In this document: positions 37,244 to 46,907 of the stretch, in pieces | Layout of the letters: the number at the start of each line of letters is the position of its first letter | Numbering within the stretch: position 1 is the first letter of the stretch | IMG/VR virus record: IMGVR_UViG_3300044712_002165 | Coordinates: 11,143-75,142 of that record | Length of the DNA stretch: 64,000 bases | Direction: 5' to 3' (one strand) | DNA from: a virus | Made by a program: the position numbers and the translations under genes | The notes under the pieces: generated by a model | Told to the model about the DNA's origin: nothing | The model's input: the letters and a program-made list of their open reading frames with translations, nothing else | Database searches by the model: none

Positions 37244-37540
37244 TCAGGTTTCGTCTACGGCGCTGAACGCCCGTTCCACTGCTTCCAGAGCTTCAGCAGC
37301 GAGCACCAGCTCGTGCAGCTCAACCGACGCTTCTTCGGGGTACCCGAGTGCTTCGTGAAACTGCTCAACCGTCAAGCGCGAGTGAAAAACAACGGCGCAT
37401 TCCTCAGGTGTCAGTGTAAACGAAAACTGAGGTTTGCTCGACTCCACTGTTGCATAGGACTCCTGCGTCGAACCCACGGAAGATTCTGAGATTTCCGCGA
37501 TGAGATCGTCGATGAGCGCCTGAACTGCTGCGGGTTTCAT
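37244..37540 (-). CDS. hypothetical acidic protein
   Basis: ORF directly upstream of the hub gene. Confidence 0.6.
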   Translation of the reverse strand: MKPAAVQALIDDLIAEISESSVGSTQESYATVESSKPQFSFTLTPEECAVVFHSRLTVEQFHEALGYPEEASVELHELVLAAEALEAVERAFSAVDET

Positions 37541-37556
37541 CTGGAATAGTTACGGC

Positions 37557-38111
37557 GTGAAGTTTTCCGAACGACGCGAGTACCTGTACGATCAGGAGCT
37601 GTTTGGGCGTCCTGACGTACGGACGGCTTTGACCATCGCAGCCGAGTATACCCGCATGCACACGCCAAAGAACCCGATGCCTACCGTTCTGGAGGTGGAT
37701 CGGCGTTCGGAAAAGATCGACCCTCTCTGGCACGTGTCGTTGGATGAGCGAACGGTGTTTTCGCGTCAGTTTGAGATTCCGTCGCTGGTGAAGTCGCGCC
37801 AGCTCAACGTCAACTACACGCGGGTCGGTCTGGTGCCGCAGCAGATGTGCCGTTTCTGGTTTTCAAACCTCGATCTCCAGGACAAGGACTGGTTCCCCAT
37901 GCGCGGAGACATGGTGATTTTCAACGGCTACCGCAATCTGATCGTAAACGTTGTGCTCGAACCTGACCAATTTTGGCAGCAGACCAACGTGTGGCTCAGC
38001 CTGGCATGCGACACCATCATTCCGGCGGAGGGCGATGCGCGGCCCGTGGTCAACGCCAGCACGACAGTTCCACGTGAGCGCTACCAGACCCGACCGATGC
38101 CTGAGGTATGA
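37557..38111 (+). CDS. head completion/neck protein (gp14-like)
   Basis: DPLW..E..F..P.RGD.V.F; lies upstream of the gp15-like and sheath genes. Confidence 0.55.
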   Translation: MKFSERREYLYDQELFGRPDVRTALTIAAEYTRMHTPKNPMPTVLEVDRRSEKIDPLWHVSLDERTVFSRQFEIPSLVKSRQLNVNYTRVGLVPQQMCRFWFSNLDLQDKDWFPMRGDMVIFNGYRNLIVNVVLEPDQFWQQTNVWLSLACDTIIPAEGDARPVVNASTTVPRERYQTRPMPEV

Positions 38112-38446
38112 ACCTGGTGGCTGAATTCGAGGCCGCGGTTTCGAGCGATCTACACGGCATCCTTGAGGCCGGTCGAGCGCGGTTGCCAGCGGCGCTTGAG
38201 GTGCACCTTCGCGCTGTTCGTAAACGGGCGGACGCCAACCATGAGGCCGAAATCGTAGCTTATCGTCCGAAGTTGAAGCAGTTGGCGGAGAAACTATCTG
38301 TTGGATTCGCTGGCGGTGCCATCGTATTTAGGGCACAGGGGTCCGCAGAGCAGGTGCTCAAAGAACTGCGATACGGTTCACCTTGGTTTGAAGGCAGCGA
38401 CAACATCACCGAAATCATTCTAGCCGGGCTCGACTCCGGTAGGTAG
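38108..38446 (+). CDS. hypothetical virion protein
   Basis: Coupled ORF in the morphogenesis operon. Confidence 0.55.
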   Translation: MNLVAEFEAAVSSDLHGILEAGRARLPAALEVHLRAVRKRADANHEAEIVAYRPKLKQLAEKLSVGFAGGAIVFRAQGSAEQVLKELRYGSPWFEGSDNITEIILAGLDSGR

Positions 38447-38450
38447 CAAC

Positions 38451-38711
38451 ATGAAAGACCTAAAGCTCGTCATCAACGAAACCGTCGAGCGTGGCGGTAA
38501 GAACTTCGTGCGCGAGGCCGTAAACCGAATCCTCAGTGAGGACATCTCCACCGGCCAGACCGTCGCCGTTGTTGATGATCCGATCTCCGGGTACAGCGGG
38601 GCAAAGGGCAAAGTTCGGGCCATCTCGGACAGCAATCCCGGCTTCGCCGAAGTGGAGCTGGAGAACGGCACGAAGGTTCAGATGCAGACCTCGCTCCTGG
38701 TTCCCGTCTGA
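38451..38711 (+). CDS. small KOW/SH3-like protein
   Basis: GQTVAVVD..YSGAKGKV..AEVELENG. Confidence 0.55.
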   Translation: MKDLKLVINETVERGGKNFVREAVNRILSEDISTGQTVAVVDDPISGYSGAKGKVRAISDSNPGFAEVELENGTKVQMQTSLLVPV

Positions 38712-38747
38712 TCACCCCATCTTCAGCTTGTCGGCCATAGTTAGGTC

Positions 38748-40865
38748 ATGGCTGACGGCACGCTCACTGCAAGGGCCGGTTCGCTGGGAGGCGCGTCGAT
38801 GCGCTACCACGAACTGGCCCTTCAGCGTTGGTTGAACTCGTGGGCAATCGTTCGGGAGGGGTACCCCGTTCCGGTTGTTTACACGAGTCCGATGGATGCG
38901 TTCGCGCACTTCCGCGAGCTGTGGGCGCAGGCCAACAATCCGTTCGAGTACCTTCTCAGCCTCAAGGACAGCACCGGCCGTCCGCTCTACGAGCCTCACC
39001 CTTCACCGATGCGCTATCCGGTGATCTCGGTGCACCGCCGCGGCTGGAATTACCGGACCTCTCAGAACTTCTCGATTCACCGTTGGCGGCACCTCAACTG
39101 GCCTACCGTAAGCGATGACGGCCCGCCTATTCCTGGCAAGGAGCAGCTCGGTACAGGGCTGACGCGGCGCGATCTTGGTGAGGTGATGACGGCCCGCCGT
39201 CCGATGGCTTGGGACTACCGGTTTCAGATCGACCACTTCTGCAACAGGCCGGACACGCAGGCGTTTTTCATCGAGCAGTTCATGCAGCAGATGTGGCGCA
39301 CGGGCGGTGTGCCGCAGACCTGGATCACCGTTCCGTACCCTGGATACGGCGACATGCTGGTGCGGCTTTACCTCGAAGGGAACATCGAAAACATGACCCC
39401 CGAGGAGGTACCGGAGGGTCGCTACGTGGAATTTCGCACGACGCTTTCGGTCGTCCTTGAAGGTTTTGACGTAGACCTGCGCTACAAGATTTTTCCGGCA
39501 CTGTGGAATGTTGTCATTGGGTCAGGATCGGTTGATCCGGAAACACTGCAAATCGCGTTTACAGAAGACTTGCGCGAGAATGCCGCCAATCCGACACTGG
39601 ACAGCCGAACGCCTCCACCAAGTGCCGAGTCTGAGGCCACCTGGCGGCGCGAGCGCGAAGTTGAGCCGGTTACTCTCGACGTTTCGGACTCGTGGTCAAC
39701 TGCCGGCGTGCTTCTGCCAGTGAGCTTCAACGCTTCTGCCAGCTGGGACGTTGATCTCAACACCCCTGTCGATTTTGACGCCGTTGCCGCGTGGGACGTG
39801 GCGCTGAATACGGAAATCGTTTCCGAGGATGCTGAAGCGGTTTGGGATGTCGAAAGTGACATCGGACCTTGGACGCCGACGCTGTTTGATGTCGATACGC
39901 GCAACGCCAACGGAATGGGCAGCTGGGGTCCTGGAATGGATAGCGGCAACGGCCAGCTTTGGGTTTCGCACAACTCGTCGCAGTCCACTGGTTACTATGG
40001 CGGTAAACAGGTCGGCTATGCTGTACTGCCGAACAACGATCTTCAGGAAGTCGATGGTTCATCGACAACACCTTTGGACGACTATCTGACGTGCCTTTGG
40101 TTCGATCCTACGCAAGAAATGTATACGCGTAGGCGCAACTTTCTCACCATCTTCAATCCCGACGGAACTCAGTCGTTTCCTGAAATCGCACTTGGCATCA
40201 ACCCGTCCCCAGGTTGCTGGGGCCTGACGTGCAATTCGACGCACATTTTTGGTGCCCGCGGTCAAGGCGGCACTGGTGCCGTTTACAAAGTTGACGCCAA
40301 TACACGCACCATCATCGCTGAGACATCCAGCGTTGCTGGACTCGCCCTCATCGCAGGTGGCATCACCTACGTGGCGGATACGGACCGGGTCTACGCGTGC
40401 GGATCGCAGGCGGGAGGTAAAATCGCCTGCATCAACCCGGCTACGTGCGCCATCACAGGGTACATCGACGACAGCGCCATTTCTGGTCAGCAGTACCTGC
40501 GCCTTGCCTATTGCGCAGCCACGCAGCGCCTGTTCGCCACCACGTCGAATCAGTCCAAAATCTACGTGTTCGCGTTGACTGGTGGTTCTGGCGGCGTTGG
40601 CGTGTGGGAAGCCACCATCGATACCGGTACGTCTCTGATGTACCCGATCATCTACGACGCCGAGTTCGAGAGGATCATCACTGCCGAGTACAACGGTGTC
40701 GGCAACGGTCGGCTCCTGGTGATCGATCCGCAAACGCTCACATTCGAGCGCGACATAACGCATCCTGAAATCCAGGCGTCGTGGGATTTGCACATTCTGC
40801 CGAACGGGGTCTGCTACCTCTTCCAGAACTACCCTGGGAAAATCGTTCGTTTTGCCCGTACTTAG
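38748..40865 (+). CDS. tail terminator (gp15-like) N-terminal domain fused to a beta-propeller
   Basis: PVPVVY..RYPVISV.R..P..WDYRFQID; C-terminal YVTN-like blades (GITY..DTDRVY..IACINP). Confidence 0.6.
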   Translation: MADGTLTARAGSLGGASMRYHELALQRWLNSWAIVREGYPVPVVYTSPMDAFAHFRELWAQANNPFEYLLSLKDSTGRPLYEPHPSPMRYPVISVHRRGWNYRTSQNFSIHRWRHLNWPTVSDDGPPIPGKEQLGTGLTRRDLGEVMTARRPMAWDYRFQIDHFCNRPDTQAFFIEQFMQQMWRTGGVPQTWITVPYPGYGDMLVRLYLEGNIENMTPEEVPEGRYVEFRTTLSVVLEGFDVDLRYKIFPALWNVVIGSGSVDPETLQIAFTEDLRENAANPTLDSRTPPPSAESEATWRREREVEPVTLDVSDSWSTAGVLLPVSFNASASWDVDLNTPVDFDAVAAWDVALNTEIVSEDAEAVWDVESDIGPWTPTLFDVDTRNANGMGSWGPGMDSGNGQLWVSHNSSQSTGYYGGKQVGYAVLPNNDLQEVDGSSTTPLDDYLTCLWFDPTQEMYTRRRNFLTIFNPDGTQSFPEIALGINPSPGCWGLTCNSTHIFGARGQGGTGAVYKVDANTRTIIAETSSVAGLALIAGGITYVADTDRVYACGSQAGGKIACINPATCAITGYIDDSAISGQQYLRLAYCAATQRLFATTSNQSKIYVFALTGGSGGVGVWEATIDTGTSLMYPIIYDAEFERIITAEYNGVGNGRLLVIDPQTLTFERDITHPEIQASWDLHILPNGVCYLFQNYPGKIVRFART

Positions 40866-40868
40866 GCT

Positions 40869-41405
40869 ATGGGAGTCGAACTCGTTCAGTGGCGGTATTC
40901 GACGACAGCTGGAAGCGCCGGAAATTCCGAGGCGCAGGCTGATCCGAATGCTGCTCTCGGCAAATACATGTCCACGACGGCGTGGAGCGGAAGTTCCGTA
41001 AACAATCTGTTCGACAACCAGATGACCGGCGATCAGCTCGCCGGTACGCAGGACTACCGCTGCGTCTTCGCTGCCAACTTCAACGGAACGCTGTCGCTGT
41101 ACAACGCCATCGCGTATCTGCCGGGGCCGTACCCAAGCCAATCCACCATCGCCGTAGGAGCCGACCCTGCCGGCGTCGTGGCTGTGAATTCTGGCACGGC
41201 CCAGGCTGTGCAGATCGGCACCGAAGTGTCGGCTCCTGCCGGCGTTACCTTTTCGTCTCCGACCACGCCTGCCAGTGCGATTGTGGTCGGAAACCTCACG
41301 CCAAACACATGTCGGGCCATCTGGTTGCGTCGAACGCCAACCGGTGCGGTGGCCGCGTCTGGAGAGACCGTAACGGTTCGGCTCTACGGCACGTTGGCTC
41401 CGTAG
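40869..41405 (+). CDS. virion structural protein
   Basis: NNLFD..G..DYRCVF..N..AIWLRRT. Confidence 0.6.
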   Translation: MGVELVQWRYSTTAGSAGNSEAQADPNAALGKYMSTTAWSGSSVNNLFDNQMTGDQLAGTQDYRCVFAANFNGTLSLYNAIAYLPGPYPSQSTIAVGADPAGVVAVNSGTAQAVQIGTEVSAPAGVTFSSPTTPASAIVVGNLTPNTCRAIWLRRTPTGAVAASGETVTVRLYGTLAP

Positions 41406-41457
41406 TTAGGGCAACCGATGAGACTGGTGCGACTGAAACCGTAAGCGAGAACGACCT

Positions 41458-43665
41458 ATGGCAGACCCAACCTTTCCTGGCGTTTATACCCAGATCATCG
41501 ATCAGAGCTTCCTGCCTGCGCAGCAGAGCCGGTTTCGGCCAGCACTGGTCGGCGTGACCTCCAAAGGGCCGATGAACGAGCCGACCGTGGTTCGTTCGCT
41601 GAAGGATTTTCTGAATACCTTCGGCACGCCTGTCGCCGCGGCCGACATCAACGGTGACACCGTCAACTACTACCTGGCCGACGCCGTTTCCCTGATTGCC
41701 GACTACACCAGCACGATGACCGTCGTGCGCGTCGGCAATCAGTACACGGAACTCGACAGCCCCGTTTCGGCTGCTGGAACGTCGGGTGGAACGTCGCTGA
41801 CCGTCAGCACCACGACGGCCACGATCCTGACCGACCTGCGCAACGCTGATCCTTCCGGTCAGCTCTACCTCAAGGTTGGCCAAGACGCCAAGGTCAGTTC
41901 TCCAGGTCTGCTCGTCACCAACATCAGCGGTACGACGGTTACCGTGGATACGGCGCTCTCCGACACGTACAGCGGCGCGACTGTCTACTACAGCAAGACG
42001 GCGAGTGCTGCAACGGAGGCGGAGGGCGTGCTGAAGTCCTACGTCTACACGAACAAGCTCACGAGCTTCGGGGCTGTTTACGGCGACAAGAACGGGTACA
42101 CGTTCCGCGTCAGCAGCAACGGCAGCAACGTCAGCACTTCGGCTGTTTACAAGCTGGCAGCCGACAGCGCCCTGGTGGCTGAGACGCCTGAGCTGAAGGT
42201 CAAGATGGTGGTCAACGGCACGGCTTACCTGGAGACCACCAGCGACAGCCAGACCGGCTACCAGGCTCTGCCGCTTCAAGCCACCTACGACGCGTCAAAC
42301 CCGGCTTACCTCTACCAGGGTACGGCGACGCAGAACGCGTACTTCATGGCGGCAGCGACGCCTGGTGAGTGGTCCAACGGCAATTCCGCGAACATGGGTC
42401 TGTACGTTCGCGTTCGCCCAGGCAGCAAAGCCGGCACCAAGAAGCTCGAAATCTTCGAGAATGGTGCGCTGGTCGAGACCTTCGACAACATCGAGAAGGG
42501 CACGAACCCGGCCACCAGCCGGCCTTACTACGCCGAGGCACTCGACGCTTCGCAGTACGTGCACATCAACGACTCCGTGGTGGGCATCGAGCATGCGGCA
42601 AACACGCGCTCGCCTTGGGATTCGGCCAGCTACGGCGCTGCGGTGAACGCAGGCGTGCTCGCGACCACCGGCACCACGTTCCAGACGGGCGGCAATTTCA
42701 CGGGCGGCGCGAACGGCAACAACGCCACCGAGCAGGACTTCATGGGATCGTACGATCCCGTAAACGACCGCTACACCGGAATTCGATCCCTGGAGGACAC
42801 CAACAACGTTGATGTCAACCTCATCGTGGCTCCGATGGACTTCGACAAGCTGAGCGGCACTGCCACGACTCGCGGTATCGCGATCATGCAGCAGCTGGCC
42901 AGCACCGGTCGCGTGGCCAACGCGCTGGCGATTGCCGACGTGCCTCCTGGTCTCAACTCGGCGGCGGCGGTGGATTGGCACAACGGTGCCGGTCGGTACA
43001 CAGGTCGCGCTCGCATCGATGACCCGAACCTGGCGATCTACTGGAACTGGTGGACGATGACGGACAAGTTCAACGGGCTTCCGAAGGAAGTGCCGCCGTC
43101 CCTGGCCGCTCTTCGCTGCTTCGGGTTTACGTTCCAGCGCGATCAGCCCTGGTACGCCGCTGCCGGCGAAACCCGCGGCTGGGTCGCCGAGGCCAGCGCT
43201 GTGGAGTACGAGCGACTGAGTGCTGATGCGCGCAACGCGATGTACGGCAACGGCAACTCGGTCAATCCGATCATCAAGATCAACGGGCGCTACTACGTCT
43301 ACGGCGAGCGCACCATGCAGCGCGTCGAGTCGAAGCTCACCGCGGCGCACTCGGTGATTCTGGTCAACACGGTGGTCAAGGGTTTGGCCGCAATTGGTCG
43401 CCAGTTCGTCTTCGACCCGAACGACCTGGAGCTGTTGGTGCACATCCGTTTGGCCTTCTCGGAGTACCTCGACAAAATCCGCAATCAGCGCGGCATCGAG
43501 GAGTACGAGCTGGTCGTGGACGAGCGCAACAACACGGCAGACACGCGCAACCGGCGCGAAGTCATCGTGGACCTGTCGGTCATCCCGACCGATGTGGCCG
43601 AGCGGATTTTCATCAATGCCACCGTGCGCGAGTCGGGTGCTCAGCTGAACTCAGTGAGCGCGTAA
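41458..43665 (+). CDS. tail sheath protein (gp18-like)
   Basis: PGVY..ID.S..KGP..PWYAAAGETRG..VNPI..GERT..FVFDPND..VDERNNT. Confidence 0.95.
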   Translation: MADPTFPGVYTQIIDQSFLPAQQSRFRPALVGVTSKGPMNEPTVVRSLKDFLNTFGTPVAAADINGDTVNYYLADAVSLIADYTSTMTVVRVGNQYTELDSPVSAAGTSGGTSLTVSTTTATILTDLRNADPSGQLYLKVGQDAKVSSPGLLVTNISGTTVTVDTALSDTYSGATVYYSKTASAATEAEGVLKSYVYTNKLTSFGAVYGDKNGYTFRVSSNGSNVSTSAVYKLAADSALVAETPELKVKMVVNGTAYLETTSDSQTGYQALPLQATYDASNPAYLYQGTATQNAYFMAAATPGEWSNGNSANMGLYVRVRPGSKAGTKKLEIFENGALVETFDNIEKGTNPATSRPYYAEALDASQYVHINDSVVGIEHAANTRSPWDSASYGAAVNAGVLATTGTTFQTGGNFTGGANGNNATEQDFMGSYDPVNDRYTGIRSLEDTNNVDVNLIVAPMDFDKLSGTATTRGIAIMQQLASTGRVANALAIADVPPGLNSAAAVDWHNGAGRYTGRARIDDPNLAIYWNWWTMTDKFNGLPKEVPPSLAALRCFGFTFQRDQPWYAAAGETRGWVAEASAVEYERLSADARNAMYGNGNSVNPIIKINGRYYVYGERTMQRVESKLTAAHSVILVNTVVKGLAAIGRQFVFDPNDLELLVHIRLAFSEYLDKIRNQRGIEEYELVVDERNNTADTRNRREVIVDLSVIPTDVAERIFINATVRESGAQLNSVSA

Positions 43666-43697
43666 CCACGAACTGATCGTTTACAGGAGAAAAGTCT

Positions 43698-44300
43698 ATG
43701 CGGATGAACTTCAAAAACACGTTCGGGTCGCAGGATTCGCGCCTCGACCTTCAGCGTGTTGACCTTTGGAAAGTCACGTTGCAGCTGCCGCAGGCGCTCG
43801 GACTGAGCTGGGCGGAAAACGTCGAGTTCGCACTCCAGAACTTTCCGTTCCCGGATCGTGCTCGCGAAATGACGGCGGTGAAGTACATGCAGCAGACCAA
43901 CCACCTGTTGGGTGCTGACGTAGCCACCACGCCTGTTGAAATCCAGGTGCGGTATGCGTTCGCTCAGCGGACCGCAGAGGCCCTGGAGAAGTGGTTCCAG
44001 TTGTGCGCCAACCAGAGGACTGGTGGTGTCGGCTTGACCTCCCAGGTGAAGGCCAAGGGCTACATGCGCTGGCTCGTCCCGAACATGCAGAAGCAGATTC
44101 AGGACATCCGCGGCGTGGCCGTGCCGGGCGAGAACACCCTGAACGAGGGCCTGACGTACGAGCTGGAAGGCTGCGTCATCCGCGGGCTGAAGTTCACGGA
44201 TGCGGACATGACCCAGAGCGGTCCAGTCAACATGGTCTTCTCGCTCCAGATCGACCGGTACTACCCGGTGAATCTGGACCAGATGGTCATCAACACATGA
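43698..44300 (+). CDS. tail tube protein (gp19-like)
   Basis: 200 aa directly after the sheath; YELEGC..L...D.D..FSLQIDR. Confidence 0.85.
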   Translation: MRMNFKNTFGSQDSRLDLQRVDLWKVTLQLPQALGLSWAENVEFALQNFPFPDRAREMTAVKYMQQTNHLLGADVATTPVEIQVRYAFAQRTAEALEKWFQLCANQRTGGVGLTSQVKAKGYMRWLVPNMQKQIQDIRGVAVPGENTLNEGLTYELEGCVIRGLKFTDADMTQSGPVNMVFSLQIDRYYPVNLDQMVINT

Positions 44301-44608
44301 GCGACGAGCTGCTCGCGGACGTTGAGGCTTTGGATCAGGAGCAGGTGGACGTTGTCCTTCCGGCTCCTGAACCGTTGAGCACGTCTACCGCGGGCCTGGC
44401 TTGCCCTCATTGCGACAGCCTGGAAACAGCGGTTCAGGAGGTTGAGGACGCGGAGGTTGGTCTCTCAGGTGGTGGCGAGAAGTTGAAGGTTGTGATCTGC
44501 CAGCAATGCCAGGCAGAGTTCTGTCCGCCACCGCCGCTTGAGTCGGCAGCCGTCATCGAGGCAGTCTTGGCGCGCCGCGCTGTGGTTGCCAGGAAGCTTT
44601 TGTCGTGA
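44297..44608 (+). CDS. Zn-ribbon hypothetical protein
   Basis: CPHC..CQQC; ATGA overlap with the tube gene. Confidence 0.6.
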   Translation: MSDELLADVEALDQEQVDVVLPAPEPLSTSTAGLACPHCDSLETAVQEVEDAEVGLSGGGEKLKVVICQQCQAEFCPPPPLESAAVIEAVLARRAVVARKLLS

Positions 44609-45132
44609 AGGGATTCGTCACCATCATCGGCGTCACGTTGGCAGACGGCACGCCTGTTTCGACGCAGAAGGCCATCGAGTATGGCTGGATCACTGCGCCT
44701 GTCGGTCGCCAACCCGGCGGCTGGGGGCTTGAGCGTCACGAGGTGCCCATCGGCACGAACCTCATCGTGGACCAGGGGCGGCAGTGCAACGCGTACGCCA
44801 TGGGTTACCGGTCGCCGATCACCGATTACGTCATTGCGCGTTTCGGAGTGGGCACGGGGCTCACCGCAGCGAAGGCAACAGATGTGGCGCTCGAAGCACC
44901 TATCACGCTAAGCACCGGTCTGACGAAGCCTGTCGATCTGGTCGATTTCCCCGGGCCGTTCATGGTGCGCATCATCGGCACGCTGAGCACGAGCGAAGCC
45001 AACGGCTACGTCATCTCGGAGATGGGTGCGTTTACGGCAGCCGGCACGCTCATTGCCCGCAAGGTTCGCTCAACGACGATCAACAAAACCTCTGATTTTG
45101 CGCCAACAATCGCTTGGCGTATACGCTTCTGA
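44605..45132 (+). CDS. tail/baseplate fibre-collar-like protein
   Basis: GVGTG.TA..ATDVALEAP..EANG..ISEMG.F...GTLIARK. Confidence 0.65.
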   Translation: MKGFVTIIGVTLADGTPVSTQKAIEYGWITAPVGRQPGGWGLERHEVPIGTNLIVDQGRQCNAYAMGYRSPITDYVIARFGVGTGLTAAKATDVALEAPITLSTGLTKPVDLVDFPGPFMVRIIGTLSTSEANGYVISEMGAFTAAGTLIARKVRSTTINKTSDFAPTIAWRIRF

Positions 45133-45135
45133 GCC

Positions 45136-45489
45136 ATGATCACGCACGTCACCGACAGCCAGGTAGTTGGGGAGACCGAAGCCACGCTGTGGAGCACGAT
45201 CCAGCAGGGACCGGTCTCCATGATGGTCATCATCAAAAACTCCGGCGTCAACACCATGAACTATCGCTTCCAGGAGTACAACGGGAGCGCGTGGGTTGAC
45301 CTCGGAGCCTCGGGCTCGGACTACTACAACACGCTTTCACCGAACGAGGTCCGCGGGTTCAAGGTTTCCTCGACCTATCCGCAGGTCCAGATGGTCGGAA
45401 ACGCTTCCGGCGGCGCGTTCCTGGAGTTCTCGGTTGACCGCTACGTCAATCGGGCTTCCGGCGGCTCAATCCCTCTCCTGAGCCTGTAG
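45136..45489 (+). CDS. small virion structural protein
   Basis: IIKNSGVN..FQEYNG; beta-rich. Confidence 0.55.
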   Translation: MITHVTDSQVVGETEATLWSTIQQGPVSMMVIIKNSGVNTMNYRFQEYNGSAWVDLGASGSDYYNTLSPNEVRGFKVSSTYPQVQMVGNASGGAFLEFSVDRYVNRASGGSIPLLSL

Positions 45490-45490
45490 T

Positions 45491-45880
45491 ATGGCTCGCC
45501 CACTCAAGCCCGGCACGCTTCGGACCAAGACCTGGCCCGGCGTCAAACCCGACGACAAGCACGCGCCTGAGACGACGCGCTACCAGAACCGGACTGATTT
45601 CGTGCCGCCGCCGGAGGCTCAGGCCGTCATCGACAAGATGTGGCCGCACATCGAGAGGGCCTTCAAGCAGTACGGGGCCTCCGAAGGCATGCTGGCTGTT
45701 TACGTCGCGACGCGTGACGCGACCAAAGCGGCCGGGTGGGGAGACGACAAGGCGCACCTGATGCGCGACTACATCCTGGGCATGGTCAACAAGGCCAAAT
45801 TCAAGCCGAACTTCGGGTCTGACCCTGAGTTTCAGGTTGAGTCTGCCGAGCGGATCGTAAACAGGCTGCTCGAAGCCTGA
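45491..45880 (+). CDS. hypothetical protein
   Basis: ORF ending in IVNRLLEA. Confidence 0.6.
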   Translation: MARPLKPGTLRTKTWPGVKPDDKHAPETTRYQNRTDFVPPPEAQAVIDKMWPHIERAFKQYGASEGMLAVYVATRDATKAAGWGDDKAHLMRDYILGMVNKAKFKPNFGSDPEFQVESAERIVNRLLEA

Positions 45881-45882
45881 TT

Positions 45883-46728
45883 CTACTCGGCGTAGTCGTC
45901 GGTGTTTCTGGCGTGTCCGTAGACGTGCCAGATTTCGTCGTAGAGGCTGGCAATCCCAGGAATCCCGAGGTCTGCCACGTCCCGTGGTTTGGCCAGCACT
46001 ATGGGAGCCGGCTCAGGAACATCCGGAACATCCGTGTGCAGAAGCGTTCGGTCCAGTGACGACCAGAACGCTTCCTTCAGCTCCTCCGGAACCTGCGCGT
46101 CGATGGCTTCTACGACCTTGTCGAACGGCATGTCGTTTGGAATCTGCTCGAAGAGCTTCTGGCACTTCTTTGGTCCCCAACGGGGAATGCCTGCGATGTT
46201 GTCTACAGGATCACCGATGATCGCCAGAGCTATGGCGATTTGGTTGGGGTGCTTGACGCCCCACTTTCGGTTGATGAGGTGCGGAGAAAGCGTCGCTTTT
46301 TCGTTGAGGCAGTAATAGCGCACAGGACCGCCCTGGAGCTGCATCAGGTCCTTGTCGCCTGACACGACGTACACCGCATCAGCCGGGCTTTTGTAAACGG
46401 CAGTTGCGACAACGTCGTCACCCTCGAAGTCCTGGTGTTCGGCGTTGGGCGCGCCGAACACGAAGTGCAGCACGTCGCGCACCGCCTGCTTGGTCTCGTG
46501 GTACTCTGGCGGCTTCTCGGCTCTGTTCTTCTCGGCTTTCCGGGCTCCGTCCCAGGCGAACAGCAGGCGGTCGATCTTCTCGCCGATCTTGTCGTTTCGT
46601 GGATTCAGGATGACGCACAGCGTCTGCAAGACCAGGCGCACGGCCTCTGCCGGGTCAGGGTTGATGCGCTGTGCAGCATACCAGGAACGGGCGTAGAGCG
46701 AGTTGGCGTCCACGATCATGTCCGTCAT
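45883..46728 (-). CDS. 5'-3' exonuclease (T4 RNase H/PolI N-terminal-like)
   Basis: IVDANS..AWDG..K.NR..EGDDVVAT..SGDKDLMQL..IGDPVDNIAGIPRWGPK. Confidence 0.92.
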   Translation of the reverse strand: MTDMIVDANSLYARSWYAAQRINPDPAEAVRLVLQTLCVILNPRNDKIGEKIDRLLFAWDGARKAEKNRAEKPPEYHETKQAVRDVLHFVFGAPNAEHQDFEGDDVVATAVYKSPADAVYVVSGDKDLMQLQGGPVRYYCLNEKATLSPHLINRKWGVKHPNQIAIALAIIGDPVDNIAGIPRWGPKKCQKLFEQIPNDMPFDKVVEAIDAQVPEELKEAFWSSLDRTLLHTDVPDVPEPAPIVLAKPRDVADLGIPGIASLYDEIWHVYGHARNTDDYAE

Positions 46729-46907
46729 GCGGTGCCTCCCTTCATCGCGGCATTCTCGCGTTCCACGCACTCGTTGCGCCACTCGACGAGCTGGTCCATC
46801 AAGTCGTCAGGAATTTGGGTCGCGTCGAGGACAATCCCCTTACCGTCCCACGCCAGGCTGAACAGGAGTTTCCAGCGTGCCTCCCGGCGCAGGCGCGCTT
46901 CCTCCAC
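46725..46907 (-). CDS. small ORF downstream of the baseplate chaperone, possibly a frameshift extension
   Basis: +1 frame VEEARLRREARWKLLFSL..IPDDLMDQL; its stop overlaps the exonuclease start. Confidence 0.5.
   Translation of the reverse strand: MEEARLRREARWKLLFSLAWDGKGIVLDATQIPDDLMDQLVEWRNECVERENAAMKGGTA

Noticed and set aside
41467-41496. Self-targeting of the sheath gene by the guide at 26691
   Set aside because: Only 5 of 10 dinucleotides match
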